Part shown: piece after piece, positions 1-7,244 of the stretch | Numbering within the stretch: position 1 is the stretch's first letter | How the letters are laid out: the number at the start of each line of letters is the position of its first letter | Assembly (NCBI GenBank): GCA_025359865.1 | Contig: JANYDH010000166.1 | Span: forward strand, 1-24,000 | DNA from: Actinomycetes bacterium | GTDB taxonomy: Bacteria > Actinomycetota > Acidimicrobiia > Acidimicrobiales > Ilumatobacteraceae | Direction: 5' to 3' | Length of the DNA: 24,000 nt | The notes under the pieces: model-generated | Databases searched by the model: none | What the model was told of the DNA's origin: nothing | Seen by the model: only the letters and a program-made list of their open reading frames with translations | Made by a program: the position numbers and the translations under genes

Positions 1-126
1 TAGCAGTACGACTGATGGCAGCACCGGGTTGGCCGTGCCGAGCGTGGCCATCTCGACGCGACCATTGCGACCGATTGCCGCTGCCGAATACGTGGTGCCG
101 AGATCGACACCGAGTTGATATCCCAC
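1..126 (-). CDS. Hsp70-family (DnaK-like, non-canonical) protein. Only the N-terminal 42 codons are present; the gene runs off the window start
   Basis: My own minus-strand translation from GTG at 126-124 gives (M)GYQLGVDLGTTYSAAAIGRNGRVEMATLGTANPVLPSVVLL. This contains the G(I/V)DLGTT phosphate-1 signature of Hsp70/actin-fold ATPases at the expected distance from the N-terminus. A purine-rich GGGAAGG lies just upstream. The ORF is too short to appear in the ORF track. Confidence 0.6.
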   Translation of the reverse strand, partial: MGYQLGVDLGTTYSAAAIGRNGRVEMATLGTANPVLPSVVLL

Positions 127-289
127 GTCACCTTCCCTGGTCTGGTGCGCTTGAGTGGAAGCCGTGACTGAGCACAATGGTTGGATTAGAGCGATCCCCA
201 GCTTCGAACTCGATCCCCATGGAGGGGGCCGAAGCTTCCTCCTCGTTCTGCCCTCATTATAGGCGAACCGTCAAGTGGACCGCGGCCTA

Positions 290-774
290 TCAATCGGGCG
301 TCGAGATGCCCGATGTTGTAACACCGCGACTGTCGCGTTCGGAGTTGATCGCGGCGTGGATGGTCAGCCGGTGCAGCCGCACCAGCCCGGTCATGTCGGT
401 GCCCTGTACACCCGGCGCGGTTTTCCACTCCATCGATGTAGCCGCCCGCCAACACCCATGCGACCGGGGTGCGATGCAGTCGCGCCCAGTCGAACACCAT
501 CCGTTCCCGTTCGACCACTATCTGTTCGTCGATGCCGGGCACGCTAGCCCGTTGATCGTGCAGTAGCCCTTGCCGCGGCTGGCGGTCGCGTGATGCAAAC
601 CGCTGGACAGCGAACCGGCCACCTCGCCCGTCGCCAGTTCGAGCGGAGATCCGCCGAGCACGGCATCGGCATAGGCGGCATCGTGGGCTAAGACGCGGCG
701 AGGGCCGCAGCCTTACCGAACGTGTCGAACGCAGCCCCGGTGTTGCGGTACTGCTCGCTGAACCAGGTGCGCAC
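290..774 (-). pseudogene. Decayed histone-deacetylase/acetoin-utilisation (HDAC) family gene, with frameshifts and a large internal deletion
   Basis: Consecutive family-like pieces lie in three different minus-strand frames. Positions 774-691 give ...AFDTFGKAAALAAS then a stop. Positions 712-542 give ...VLAHDAAYADAVL...SGLHHATASRGKGYCTINGLA, which resembles the HDAC active-site block GxHHA...G(F/Y)CxxN. Positions 533-438 give IDEQIVVERERMVFDWARLHRTPVAWVLAGGY, which resembles the C-terminal (G)GGY block. Positions 400-338 give TDMTGLVRLHRLTIHAAINSE. The HHA and GGY blocks are about 45 codons apart, against roughly 150 in intact family members. No single frame is open across the region. Confidence 0.35.
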
Positions 775-3441
775 CTAGCCGCCCTGCGGGTTGGAGATCC
801 GCCACCGGTATTCGTTCTTGTCCAGTCGGTACACGATGTCGGTGGTGTTCTGATCCCAGTCGCGAGCCAACCAGCAGATCTCGCGGCTTGCCGACCCGGT
901 TTCGCCGAACACGGGTTCGCTGGTGGCCCGCCCGGTCGTGACTGCCAGATCAGGGTTCGCGATCCGCGCACCGTAATGCAGTGACACCTCGGCCGGCACG
1001 AACCCCAATGGGCCAAGGCCCTGCACGTCGAACAGCACACACAGATGACCGAACCCGGTGACCGGGTCGCGAGGCGTGATCCGCGACCCATCGACCACGA
1101 TCGAATCATCGAGGCCCGGAAGTGGCGGCGACGTAGTTCCCGGCGGCGACGATGTCGGTGGCGCTGTCGTTGCTGGTGCGGCCGTTGTGCTGGTGGTGGT
1201 TGCCGGTGTTGCGACGATCTCGGAGTTGCGTCGGCCGACCAGCACGATCACCGCCCCCACACCGGCCGCCACCACAAGCACTCCGAGCAAGAACTGAGGC
1301 ATCCGGGTCTGACGTTGCCGCGGGTACGTCTCCAGTGAAAGCGGGCGCGGTGGCGGCGCATCTCGCCCCGCTCCCAGCGAACGTCGCGCTTCGAAGCCAG
1401 CGCCCTTCAGCACGTCGAGTAAGGCATCACTGCGGGCTTCGGAAATGAGTTGGCCCAGTTCAGCGGCAGCGATCGGTGGCGTGCGCCTGGCGAGGCGAAC
1501 CGGCTCGGGACGAAACAGACCATGTCCGGTGGGGGCCTGGAGCACCCGGGGGTCGATCGGTAACTGGAACACTGGCGGGGCCAGGGTTGGCTCATCCAAC
1601 TGCGTTTCGACCTGATTCAGCGCCCAGATCAGGTCGTCGACCGAATGCGGGAAATCGGAATCGCGGCGGGCCATTCGCGACCGTTGTGCAAACGCCCGTT
1701 CAGCGGCAGGGCGATCTGCGTTGCTCGGTAGGCCGAGGATGAGATACGGCTGGCGTCGCGCTCCAAATGCTTCCGTGGCGTTGACGACGCCAAGATTGGA
1801 CTTCAACTTCTCGTCGTCATTGTCCAGCGAAGCCGAGAGCAACGATTGCCGAGCGTCTTGATCCCGACCCAGGAGCCAATGCGTACAAGCCAGCATGTTG
1901 TGAGCTTCGGTACGGGCAGGCCCGAACTCCGCAAGCCGCAACGCCTGTTTGCCGCAGGTCATCGCCCCGTGCAGGTCCGATGCCCACAAGCAGCGCTGCG
2001 TGCGACGAGCCGCCCACCACGCGAGGAACCTTCGCGCCGACCCGCCTTCCGGAGGGTCCCATGCGAGCGCTTCTTCGGTGAGGATCCGCTCAAGTAGACC
2101 CCACAGCGACTCATCGTCGGTGATCAGGTCACCCAGGTTGTCGACTGTTGGCGTGGCGAGAAACTCGGCAAGCACGTCGACGACTGGGCCTCCGACGTCG
2201 CGGAGAAGGTCATTCGCTTTGTGCTCGGCGACGAGTGTGCGAATTGACGCGATCAACGCGCTGTCAGGTCGGGTGGGCGACGGATCTGGGATCCGTCCGG
2301 CAAGCAGCACTCGTCGGTCACGTTCCTGTTCGAAATCGAGCATGTCGACTTCTTCATCGCTGAGCGCCAGCGGGTCGGTCCTGGCGGCGACGTAGGCGAC
2401 CCGCTCGCGATCCATCATCCGCAACGACTCGTCAGCAATGTGGAACTCGCGCTCGAGCAGGTCGTCGATGACCGAGAGCGGCACCTTGGCCGGCAGCTGT
2501 ACCGGTTCTGCCCGATCCCCCGCACCGGCCAACGCACGCAACGTGGTGACCGCAACAGAAGCAAACCCAACGGGAAGGGTAGCGATGGCGTCGAACGGTT
2601 CGGGCTTGGCCAACCATTCGACGAGCGGCGAACTTCGCCCCGACACTTTTGCGGCACCAGCCAGCGGCGACGTCGGCTCAACTGCCAGTAGTCGCTTTTC
2701 GAGCACCCCTCTCGCCCGGCGACCGGTTGCGGCGATCGGTGCGCCGGTACACAACACCAGCAGCCCCACCGCGGGCGCATACCTGCCGAGCGGGAGTTGA
2801 CCGAGGTGTTCCACAGCCTGGTCGAAGCGCTGAACGCGCAGATCTGCCAATGCAGACCACCAATGGATTTCGGCCGCCGACAACGGCAGCTGACCGATCG
2901 GAGCAGAGACCCCTACCGCAGCAAGATCCGCGGCCACACGGCGGGCGTAGTCGAGCCTGCCGCCTACAAATGTGGAAACGAGGATGCCGCGGGTTGCCAC
3001 CGACGACGTGAGCACAGGAAGCGGGAGGTGTTCCAGCGCGACGAGTGCGGCCCCCAGCCGGGACGACATCGCCGACAGGCCACGCACGCGTGTGAAATGT
3101 CGAAGTTGGCGCGCCGGGATCTTGCGTACCAAGCCGTTCTCGGTGAAAAGCGTTGCGCCGTGGGGGCTGTCGACCACGGCGATTGCGGCCCTCGAGCCGC
3201 GACCCCCGCCGAGGTACCCGACGCTAAGCGTTTCATCGGTGATGTCCTCGGCAGGTGCCATCGCCAGCGAAACACCACACAACTGACATGCCGCCTCGGC
3301 ACCCACGGGTGTGCCAGCGACCGCACTCGCGTCAACGCCCGCGTCAACGCCCGCGCCTGCGACGGGGTCAAGGACGGTCTTGAGCGCCCAACCGCATGCG
3401 AAGCACATCGAATTTTCACTCTGAAGGTCGGGTCCTTCCAT
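775..3441 (-). CDS. Large hypothetical membrane-anchored protein (888 aa): N-terminal CxxC...CxxC zinc-ribbon-like motif, helical/TPR-like region, J-domain-like segment lacking HPD, one TM helix, Thr/Pro-rich linker, about 110-aa C-terminal extracytoplasmic domain
   Basis: ORF with an ATG start and GC3-rich codon usage. CFAC(aa 13-16)...CQLC(aa 52-55). Aa 565-594 read PYLILGLPSNADRPAAERAFAQRSRMARRD, which resembles J-domain helices I-II but has RRD where HPD is expected. RQRQTR followed by MPQFLLGVLVVAAGVGAVIVLVG (aa 714-736) indicates a positive-inside TM helix. This is followed by TPATTTSTTAAPATTAPPTSSPPGTTSPP. Confidence 0.75.
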   Translation of the reverse strand: MEGPDLQSENSMCFACGWALKTVLDPVAGAGVDAGVDASAVAGTPVGAEAACQLCGVSLAMAPAEDITDETLSVGYLGGGRGSRAAIAVVDSPHGATLFTENGLVRKIPARQLRHFTRVRGLSAMSSRLGAALVALEHLPLPVLTSSVATRGILVSTFVGGRLDYARRVAADLAAVGVSAPIGQLPLSAAEIHWWSALADLRVQRFDQAVEHLGQLPLGRYAPAVGLLVLCTGAPIAATGRRARGVLEKRLLAVEPTSPLAGAAKVSGRSSPLVEWLAKPEPFDAIATLPVGFASVAVTTLRALAGAGDRAEPVQLPAKVPLSVIDDLLEREFHIADESLRMMDRERVAYVAARTDPLALSDEEVDMLDFEQERDRRVLLAGRIPDPSPTRPDSALIASIRTLVAEHKANDLLRDVGGPVVDVLAEFLATPTVDNLGDLITDDESLWGLLERILTEEALAWDPPEGGSARRFLAWWAARRTQRCLWASDLHGAMTCGKQALRLAEFGPARTEAHNMLACTHWLLGRDQDARQSLLSASLDNDDEKLKSNLGVVNATEAFGARRQPYLILGLPSNADRPAAERAFAQRSRMARRDSDFPHSVDDLIWALNQVETQLDEPTLAPPVFQLPIDPRVLQAPTGHGLFRPEPVRLARRTPPIAAAELGQLISEARSDALLDVLKGAGFEARRSLGAGRDAPPPRPLSLETYPRQRQTRMPQFLLGVLVVAAGVGAVIVLVGRRNSEIVATPATTTSTTAAPATTAPPTSSPPGTTSPPLPGLDDSIVVDGSRITPRDPVTGFGHLCVLFDVQGLGPLGFVPAEVSLHYGARIANPDLAVTTGRATSEPVFGETGSASREICWLARDWDQNTTDIVYRLDKNEYRWRISNPQGG

Positions 3442-3543
3442 TGCTCCCCAATGGGTTCGTCAGACGGCGGGACACTAATCGACTACAGCGCGGTTGAAGC
3501 TACCAATCATCATTGTTGGTTCGAGCGGGGTCGTCCCGAATAC

Positions 3544-4278
3544 TTACACGACCGTGACAGCGAACCGTCCAATGCCGGCGAACACTGCAGCGGCAGCCTG
3601 CATGTCGGCAGCTGATGCCTCGTTCAGCTCCGGCATCATTGGCCGGACCCCGTGACACCGGAACCCGATCAGCTTGACCCGCATCGCCGGGTCGACGGCG
3701 GCCAGCCAGGCCGCTGTGCGGTGTAAGAGCGCGGGATTGTCGTTGACGCCGGGCACGAGTAGCAGTCGAACCTCATAGAGCCGACCAGCGCGCTGAAGGT
3801 ACCGGATCGACTGCAGCACCTGATCGTTCGGCTGGCCCGTCAGGCGATAGTGGATCTGCGGATCAAGGCACTTCAGGTCGACCATCGCCCCATCCATCAC
3901 GGGGAGCAGATCGTCCCACGTACGCTCATCAGCCGCTCCATTGGTGTCGACGAAACAGGTCAGCCTCTGCAAGCCGGCGTCGTGGTTGATCGCAGTGAAC
4001 AATGCCCCGACGAACGACGCCTGCTGCGTCGCCTCTCCTCCCGACACCGTGATGCCTGACAGAAAGGGGGCCGCTTGCCCAATCTGTGTGAGGAGTGACT
4101 CGATGGTCCTCAGGCGGGCTTTCGACGCACCATCGATCGGACAGGCGATCGTTTGCGGGTTGTGGCAGGCGACGCAGTTGAAGTTGCAACCCTGGAGGAA
4201 CACCACGAACCGGTTGCCAGGCCCGTCCACACAGGAGAACGAGACGGTGTCAGCGACGAAGCCGTGGAGCGAGCTCAT
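3544..4278 (-). CDS. Glycyl-radical-enzyme activating enzyme (radical SAM, PflA/YjjW-like), 244 aa
   Basis: From the internal ATG at 4278 the protein reads MSSLHGFVADTVSFSCVDGPGNRFVVFLQGCNFNCVACHNPQT, which contains the CX3CX2C radical-SAM cluster motif at the N-terminus as in GRE activases. ITVSGGEAT matches the GGE SAM-binding motif. The size fits the family. The 130 upstream codons of the 374-aa track ORF overlap the preceding gene out of frame and look like non-coding translation. Confidence 0.85.
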   Translation of the reverse strand: MSSLHGFVADTVSFSCVDGPGNRFVVFLQGCNFNCVACHNPQTIACPIDGASKARLRTIESLLTQIGQAAPFLSGITVSGGEATQQASFVGALFTAINHDAGLQRLTCFVDTNGAADERTWDDLLPVMDGAMVDLKCLDPQIHYRLTGQPNDQVLQSIRYLQRAGRLYEVRLLLVPGVNDNPALLHRTAAWLAAVDPAMRVKLIGFRCHGVRPMMPELNEASAADMQAAAAVFAGIGRFAVTVV

Positions 4279-5800
4279 GGCAGCCGACACGCTGTACAGC
4301 ACGTTCAGAGAGGTGGAAGGCGGCTTCCGACCCGGCCGCGAGGTAGTCGCTGGCGTGGCGCGCCCCAGATACGGCAATGTCGACGAGGTCGCGCTTGCGA
4401 ACGAGATAGCCGGTGATCCGGATGAACTCGTTCGAGTCCAGATTGAAGGTGAAGTCACGCATCCCCGACTCCAATGCCCCGCGGATGATGTCGACCACCG
4501 CCTGTGGGTTGCGGACCGCAGTCTCGTCGAAGTGGACGATGTCGCTGATACCAGCGGGAAACAGGCGGTGATGCGGTGCGCAGGTGGCGATGTGTTGAAG
4601 TAGCGGCGGTTCTTCGCCGACCGGGATGCGGGTGCCAGCAGTGACATTCTGGTCAAGATCGATGCCACCTTGGGAATGCAATGAGGCGGTTCCGTTACCT
4701 CCGGCGCAATACGGCTGGGGACGGGCCGCGACCAGTTCGGCCACCCGCTCGATCACGCGGTACGAGACCTGATCGGCGGACACGTCGTGTCCGTACCGGC
4801 CCGAGCCGCCCTCACATTCGATCAACCGGTTGACGGCTTCGGCCAGACCGAACACACCGAACATTGCCGTGAACCTGTCGATCGAGATCAATCCCTCCGT
4901 CGCCAGCCAATTCGTCTCGAAGAAGTGTTGCTGATCAACCAGGCTGCGCACGCGGGCCTCGATCAGTTCCGAGGTGAGCGCCACATACTGAGGGAGCGTG
5001 TCGGCGAGAAAGGCATCGACGCCGCCCGAATGACGCAGTACCACCTCGGCCAGATTCAGCCGCACGAGCGTGTGAGCGCCGCCTCCGATCTTCAGCGAGT
5101 TGTAACAGCTCACAGCGGCGTATCGCGGGCCGTGATCGCCGACCATCATCGGGTGATTGACGAAGTGAGGCTTCCCAGTCTCGAACACGGTGTGGACGGC
5201 GTCGAGCAGCAAGTCGTCCGGCGTCAGCAACGGATCGACTTTCAACGTGATGTTCGGCACCACTTGCCGCAGTGAACGCTCAACGCGCAGGATTGACCGG
5301 GTGATCCGGCTGTCGGTGGGGCCGAGATCGAGATGAACGAATGCATCAGGCAGCATCCGGTCGAGGCCGATCCAGAATCGGCGAAGCTTGTCATCCAATT
5401 GTTCGTCGGTGATGCCGTCGACGAACCGTGCAAGTACCTTGTCGAGGTCTCCCAAATACACCGGGTAGGTCGTCACCGACGGCACGTGGGTGTACATGAT
5501 CTGTAGGAACGCCAACGCGTCGTCCAAGACGAGTGGTGCATCGAGCTCGAGATGCTTCGACCCGTTGGCGAGCGCCAATTCGTAGTCGGGCAGCACGTAG
5601 CGCGGCGTGAAGGGAGCGTGGCCCTCATACAGGTCGCAGATCACTCGCTTGTCGAGCGCTTCGCGACATTCGGGCGACAACGCCGGGTAGTCGAGGGCAT
5701 CGGTCGCTAGCGCGGCCAACCGGCGAACCTTCTGGTCGTAGCCGAGTGCACCGTCTTGGACCAGCGCGAGTACCAGGTCGCGGAACTCGTTCATCTCCAT
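4250..5800 (-). CDS. Short glycyl radical enzyme, YjjI family (DUF3029-like), 516 aa
   Basis: The C-terminal segment FIRITGYLVRKRD matches the glycyl-radical motif R-[VI]-[ST]-G-Y-x-V-R of PFL-type enzymes. The gene sits immediately upstream of, and overlaps by 29 nt, a GRE activase. Its length of about 516 aa is typical of the YjjI clade, whereas classical GREs are 750-850 aa. Start chosen at ATG 5800 (MEMNEF...), preceded by GGAGGTGA with 4-nt spacing (7 nt after the GGAGG core). The track ORF begins at GTG 5845. Confidence 0.72.
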   Translation of the reverse strand: MEMNEFRDLVLALVQDGALGYDQKVRRLAALATDALDYPALSPECREALDKRVICDLYEGHAPFTPRYVLPDYELALANGSKHLELDAPLVLDDALAFLQIMYTHVPSVTTYPVYLGDLDKVLARFVDGITDEQLDDKLRRFWIGLDRMLPDAFVHLDLGPTDSRITRSILRVERSLRQVVPNITLKVDPLLTPDDLLLDAVHTVFETGKPHFVNHPMMVGDHGPRYAAVSCYNSLKIGGGAHTLVRLNLAEVVLRHSGGVDAFLADTLPQYVALTSELIEARVRSLVDQQHFFETNWLATEGLISIDRFTAMFGVFGLAEAVNRLIECEGGSGRYGHDVSADQVSYRVIERVAELVAARPQPYCAGGNGTASLHSQGGIDLDQNVTAGTRIPVGEEPPLLQHIATCAPHHRLFPAGISDIVHFDETAVRNPQAVVDIIRGALESGMRDFTFNLDSNEFIRITGYLVRKRDLVDIAVSGARHASDYLAAGSEAAFHLSERAVQRVGCHELAPRLRR

Positions 5801-5896
5801 CAGGTCACCTCCACGCATGCATGGACAACCAACATCAGCCGTCACTTCGACGCTACGACGCCCACGACAATGCGACCAGAGTCAAAGGTCACCACT

Positions 5897-5939
5897 GTCG
5901 TTGCCTGTGCCGTTGCCTGTGTCGTTGCCTGTGTCGTCT
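5897..5939. repeat. 12-nt tandem repeat, 3 full copies plus a partial copy (plus strand gtcgttgcctgt / gccgttgcctgt / gtcgttgcctgt / gtcgtct)
   Basis: Read directly from the sequence. It lies in the rpsG - GRE intergenic spacer. The mRNA-sense unit is ACAGGCAACGAC. Confidence 0.85.
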
Positions 5940-5958
5940 GGGCGAACCCAAACGACAC
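5931..5958 (-). terminator. Strong hairpin 6 nt after the rpsG stop codon: 12-bp stem with a UUCG tetraloop and no U-tract
   Basis: The minus-sense sequence is GUGUCGUUUGGG-UUCG-CCCAGACGACAC, giving 11 Watson-Crick pairs plus one G-U pair. The 3' arm is the first (partial) unit of the adjacent 12-nt repeat array. Without a U-tract it could be an mRNA 3'-end stabiliser or processing site rather than a classical intrinsic terminator. Confidence 0.4.
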
Positions 5959-5964
5959 GACCGG

Positions 5965-6435
5965 TTACCAGCGGTAGTGCGCGAAGGCCTTGTTGCTCTC
6001 GGCCATCTTCTGCATGTCGTCACGACGCTTGATCGCCGCACCGAGGCCGTTGGCCGCATCGAGGATCTCGCCGCCGAGGCACTCGGCCATCGTCTTTTCG
6101 CGACGCTTGCGGCTGAAGTCGACTAGCCACCGGATGGACAATGTGCCAGCACGTCGCGGGCGAACCTCGACAGGCACCTGATACGTGGCGCCACCGACGC
6201 GGCGGCTACGCACCTCGAGGGGCGGCTTGATGTTGTCGATGGCACGCTTGAGCGTGGCAATCGGCTCAGCACCAGACTTCTCTTCGACGATTTTCAACGC
6301 GTCGTAGACGATCTTTTCGGCAACAGTGCGCTTGCCGTGGAGCATGACCTTGTTGATGATCTGGGTGACCAACAACGAACGGTAGAGCGGGTCGGGAGTG
6401 AGCTCACGACGCTGGGCGGGACCTTTACGGGGCAT
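5965..6435 (-). CDS. rpsG: 30S ribosomal protein S7
   Basis: [44 protein letters not shown]...KAFAHYRW is a canonical S7 sequence from end to end. The gene lies directly downstream of rpsL. Confidence 0.97.
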   Translation of the reverse strand: MPRKGPAQRRELTPDPLYRSLLVTQIINKVMLHGKRTVAEKIVYDALKIVEEKSGAEPIATLKRAIDNIKPPLEVRSRRVGGATYQVPVEVRPRRAGTLSIRWLVDFSRKRREKTMAECLGGEILDAANGLGAAIKRRDDMQKMAESNKAFAHYRW

Positions 6436-6468
6436 CTGACATCACGCTTTCTTGGTCTCGACCGAGGA

Positions 6469-6840
6469 CTACTTGGCCTTCTTGGCGCCGTAACGGCTGC
6501 GGGCCTGCTTGCGGTTCTTCACTCCGGCTGCGTCGAGCGCGCCACGAATGATCTTGTAACGCACGCCCGGCAGGTCGCGGACGCGACCACCGCGCACGAG
6601 CACGATGGAGTGCTCTTGAAGGTTGTGGCCCTCGCCGGGGATGTAGGCGGTGATCTCGACACCGCTGGAGAGACGGACACGAGCCACTTTACGCAGCGCG
6701 GAGTTCGGCTTCTTCGGGGTGTTGGTGTACACGCGAGTACAGACGCCGCGGCGTTGCGGCGAACCCTTGAGTGCAGGAGTCTTGGTCTTGGAGAACTTGG
6801 TGCTGCGTCCCTGACGGACCAGCTGCTGAATTGTGGGCAC
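6469..6840 (-). CDS. rpsL: 30S ribosomal protein S12
   Basis: (V)[56 protein letters not shown] is canonical S12. The start is placed at GTG 6840, since S12 proteins begin MPTIQQL. The track ORF's 5 extra codons (MKGAC) are probably not translated. Confidence 0.95.
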   Translation of the reverse strand: MPTIQQLVRQGRSTKFSKTKTPALKGSPQRRGVCTRVYTNTPKKPNSALRKVARVRLSSGVEITAYIPGEGHNLQEHSIVLVRGGRVRDLPGVRYKIIRGALDAAGVKNRKQARSRYGAKKAK

Positions 6841-6922
6841 GCATGCGCCTTTCACTGTGTTGAACTACGGTGGCCTGACGGCTACCTCGAGAGCACCGTT
6901 CACCGGCGCACAGGACCGTGTA

Positions 6923-6951
6923 ATGCTAGAGGCGCGCAGCCCATGAGGCAA
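6923..6951 (-). promoter_or_regulatory. Candidate sigma-A type promoter for rpsL-rpsG
   Basis: The minus-sense sequence is TTGCCT - 17 nt - TAGCAT (TAnnnT -10 type), about 80 nt upstream of the rpsL start. This is a motif match only. Confidence 0.3.
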
Positions 6952-7004
6952 CCTGCCCGGCAAGCCGTTGAGGGAACCTCAGTCGAGTTTCTTGATGACG
7001 CCGC

Positions 7005-7142
7005 TCAGTTGAGCACGATGGCGGCGAACCCGGCCATGATCGCCACAGCGAACCACGGAAAAGGGCTACGGGTGACTACCGCGTGCGGCGTCGGGTCGTG
7101 ATGCATCACGCTCACGTGTCGGTGTCTCAGATGTCCGGTCAT
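7005..7142 (-). CDS. Hypothetical small His-rich membrane protein (45 aa)
   Basis: MTGHLRHRHVSVMHHDPTPHAVVTRSPFPWFAVAIMAGFAAIVLN has 7 His in the first 21 residues followed by a C-terminal hydrophobic helix. The ATG is preceded by GGAGG with 8-nt spacing. Third codon positions are GC-rich like the real genes here. An alternative GTG start at 7202 would give 65 aa. Confidence 0.4.
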   Translation of the reverse strand: MTGHLRHRHVSVMHHDPTPHAVVTRSPFPWFAVAIMAGFAAIVLN

Positions 7143-7244
7143 GGGGTGCACCTCCGCGTCGCATCGTGCGGAACAAGCCGTTCCGTCGAAATGTGTCCCC
7201 ACGATGGTCCGTCGCCATCACGCCGGTGCCAGGAGGCTGACCGC

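Noticed and set aside
177-1109. Track ORFs 177-566 (+), 275-547 (+) and 186-1109 (-) as intact genes.
   Set aside because: The plus-strand ORFs have no recognisable features. The 307-aa minus ORF overlaps the 888-aa gene out of frame. Only a ~30-codon stretch of it resembles a real protein (an HDAC C-terminal block), which is better explained as part of a frameshifted pseudogene.
3544-4668. The 374-aa version of the activase ORF in the track.
   Set aside because: Its first 130 codons overlap the GRE coding region in another frame and translate to Ser/Thr/Arg/Pro-rich nonsense. The family-typical N-terminus (…GFVADTVSFSCVDGPGNR…CX3CX2C) begins at the ATG at 4278.
5842-5958. A 38-aa minus-strand ORF (GTG; MSFGFAQTTQATTQATAQATTVVTFDSGRIVVGVVASK). 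It is in frame with rpsG, 6 nt after the rpsG stop, and ends in a GTGA overlap with the long (GTG 5845) version of the GRE ORF.
   Set aside because: It has no Shine-Dalgarno sequence. Its start codon is buried in the 12-bp hairpin stem. Its sequence is dominated by the repeat. The GRE has a much better start at ATG 5800. It is worth remembering only as a possible rpsG stop-codon read-through extension.
5746-6126. Plus-strand ORFs giving CRCLCRCLCRCLCRL / VACAVACVVACV / PLSLPVPLPVSLPV peptides.
   Set aside because: These are translations of the 12-nt intergenic repeat on the non-operon strand. They overlap the rpsG 3' end and the GRE 5' end and lack an RBS.
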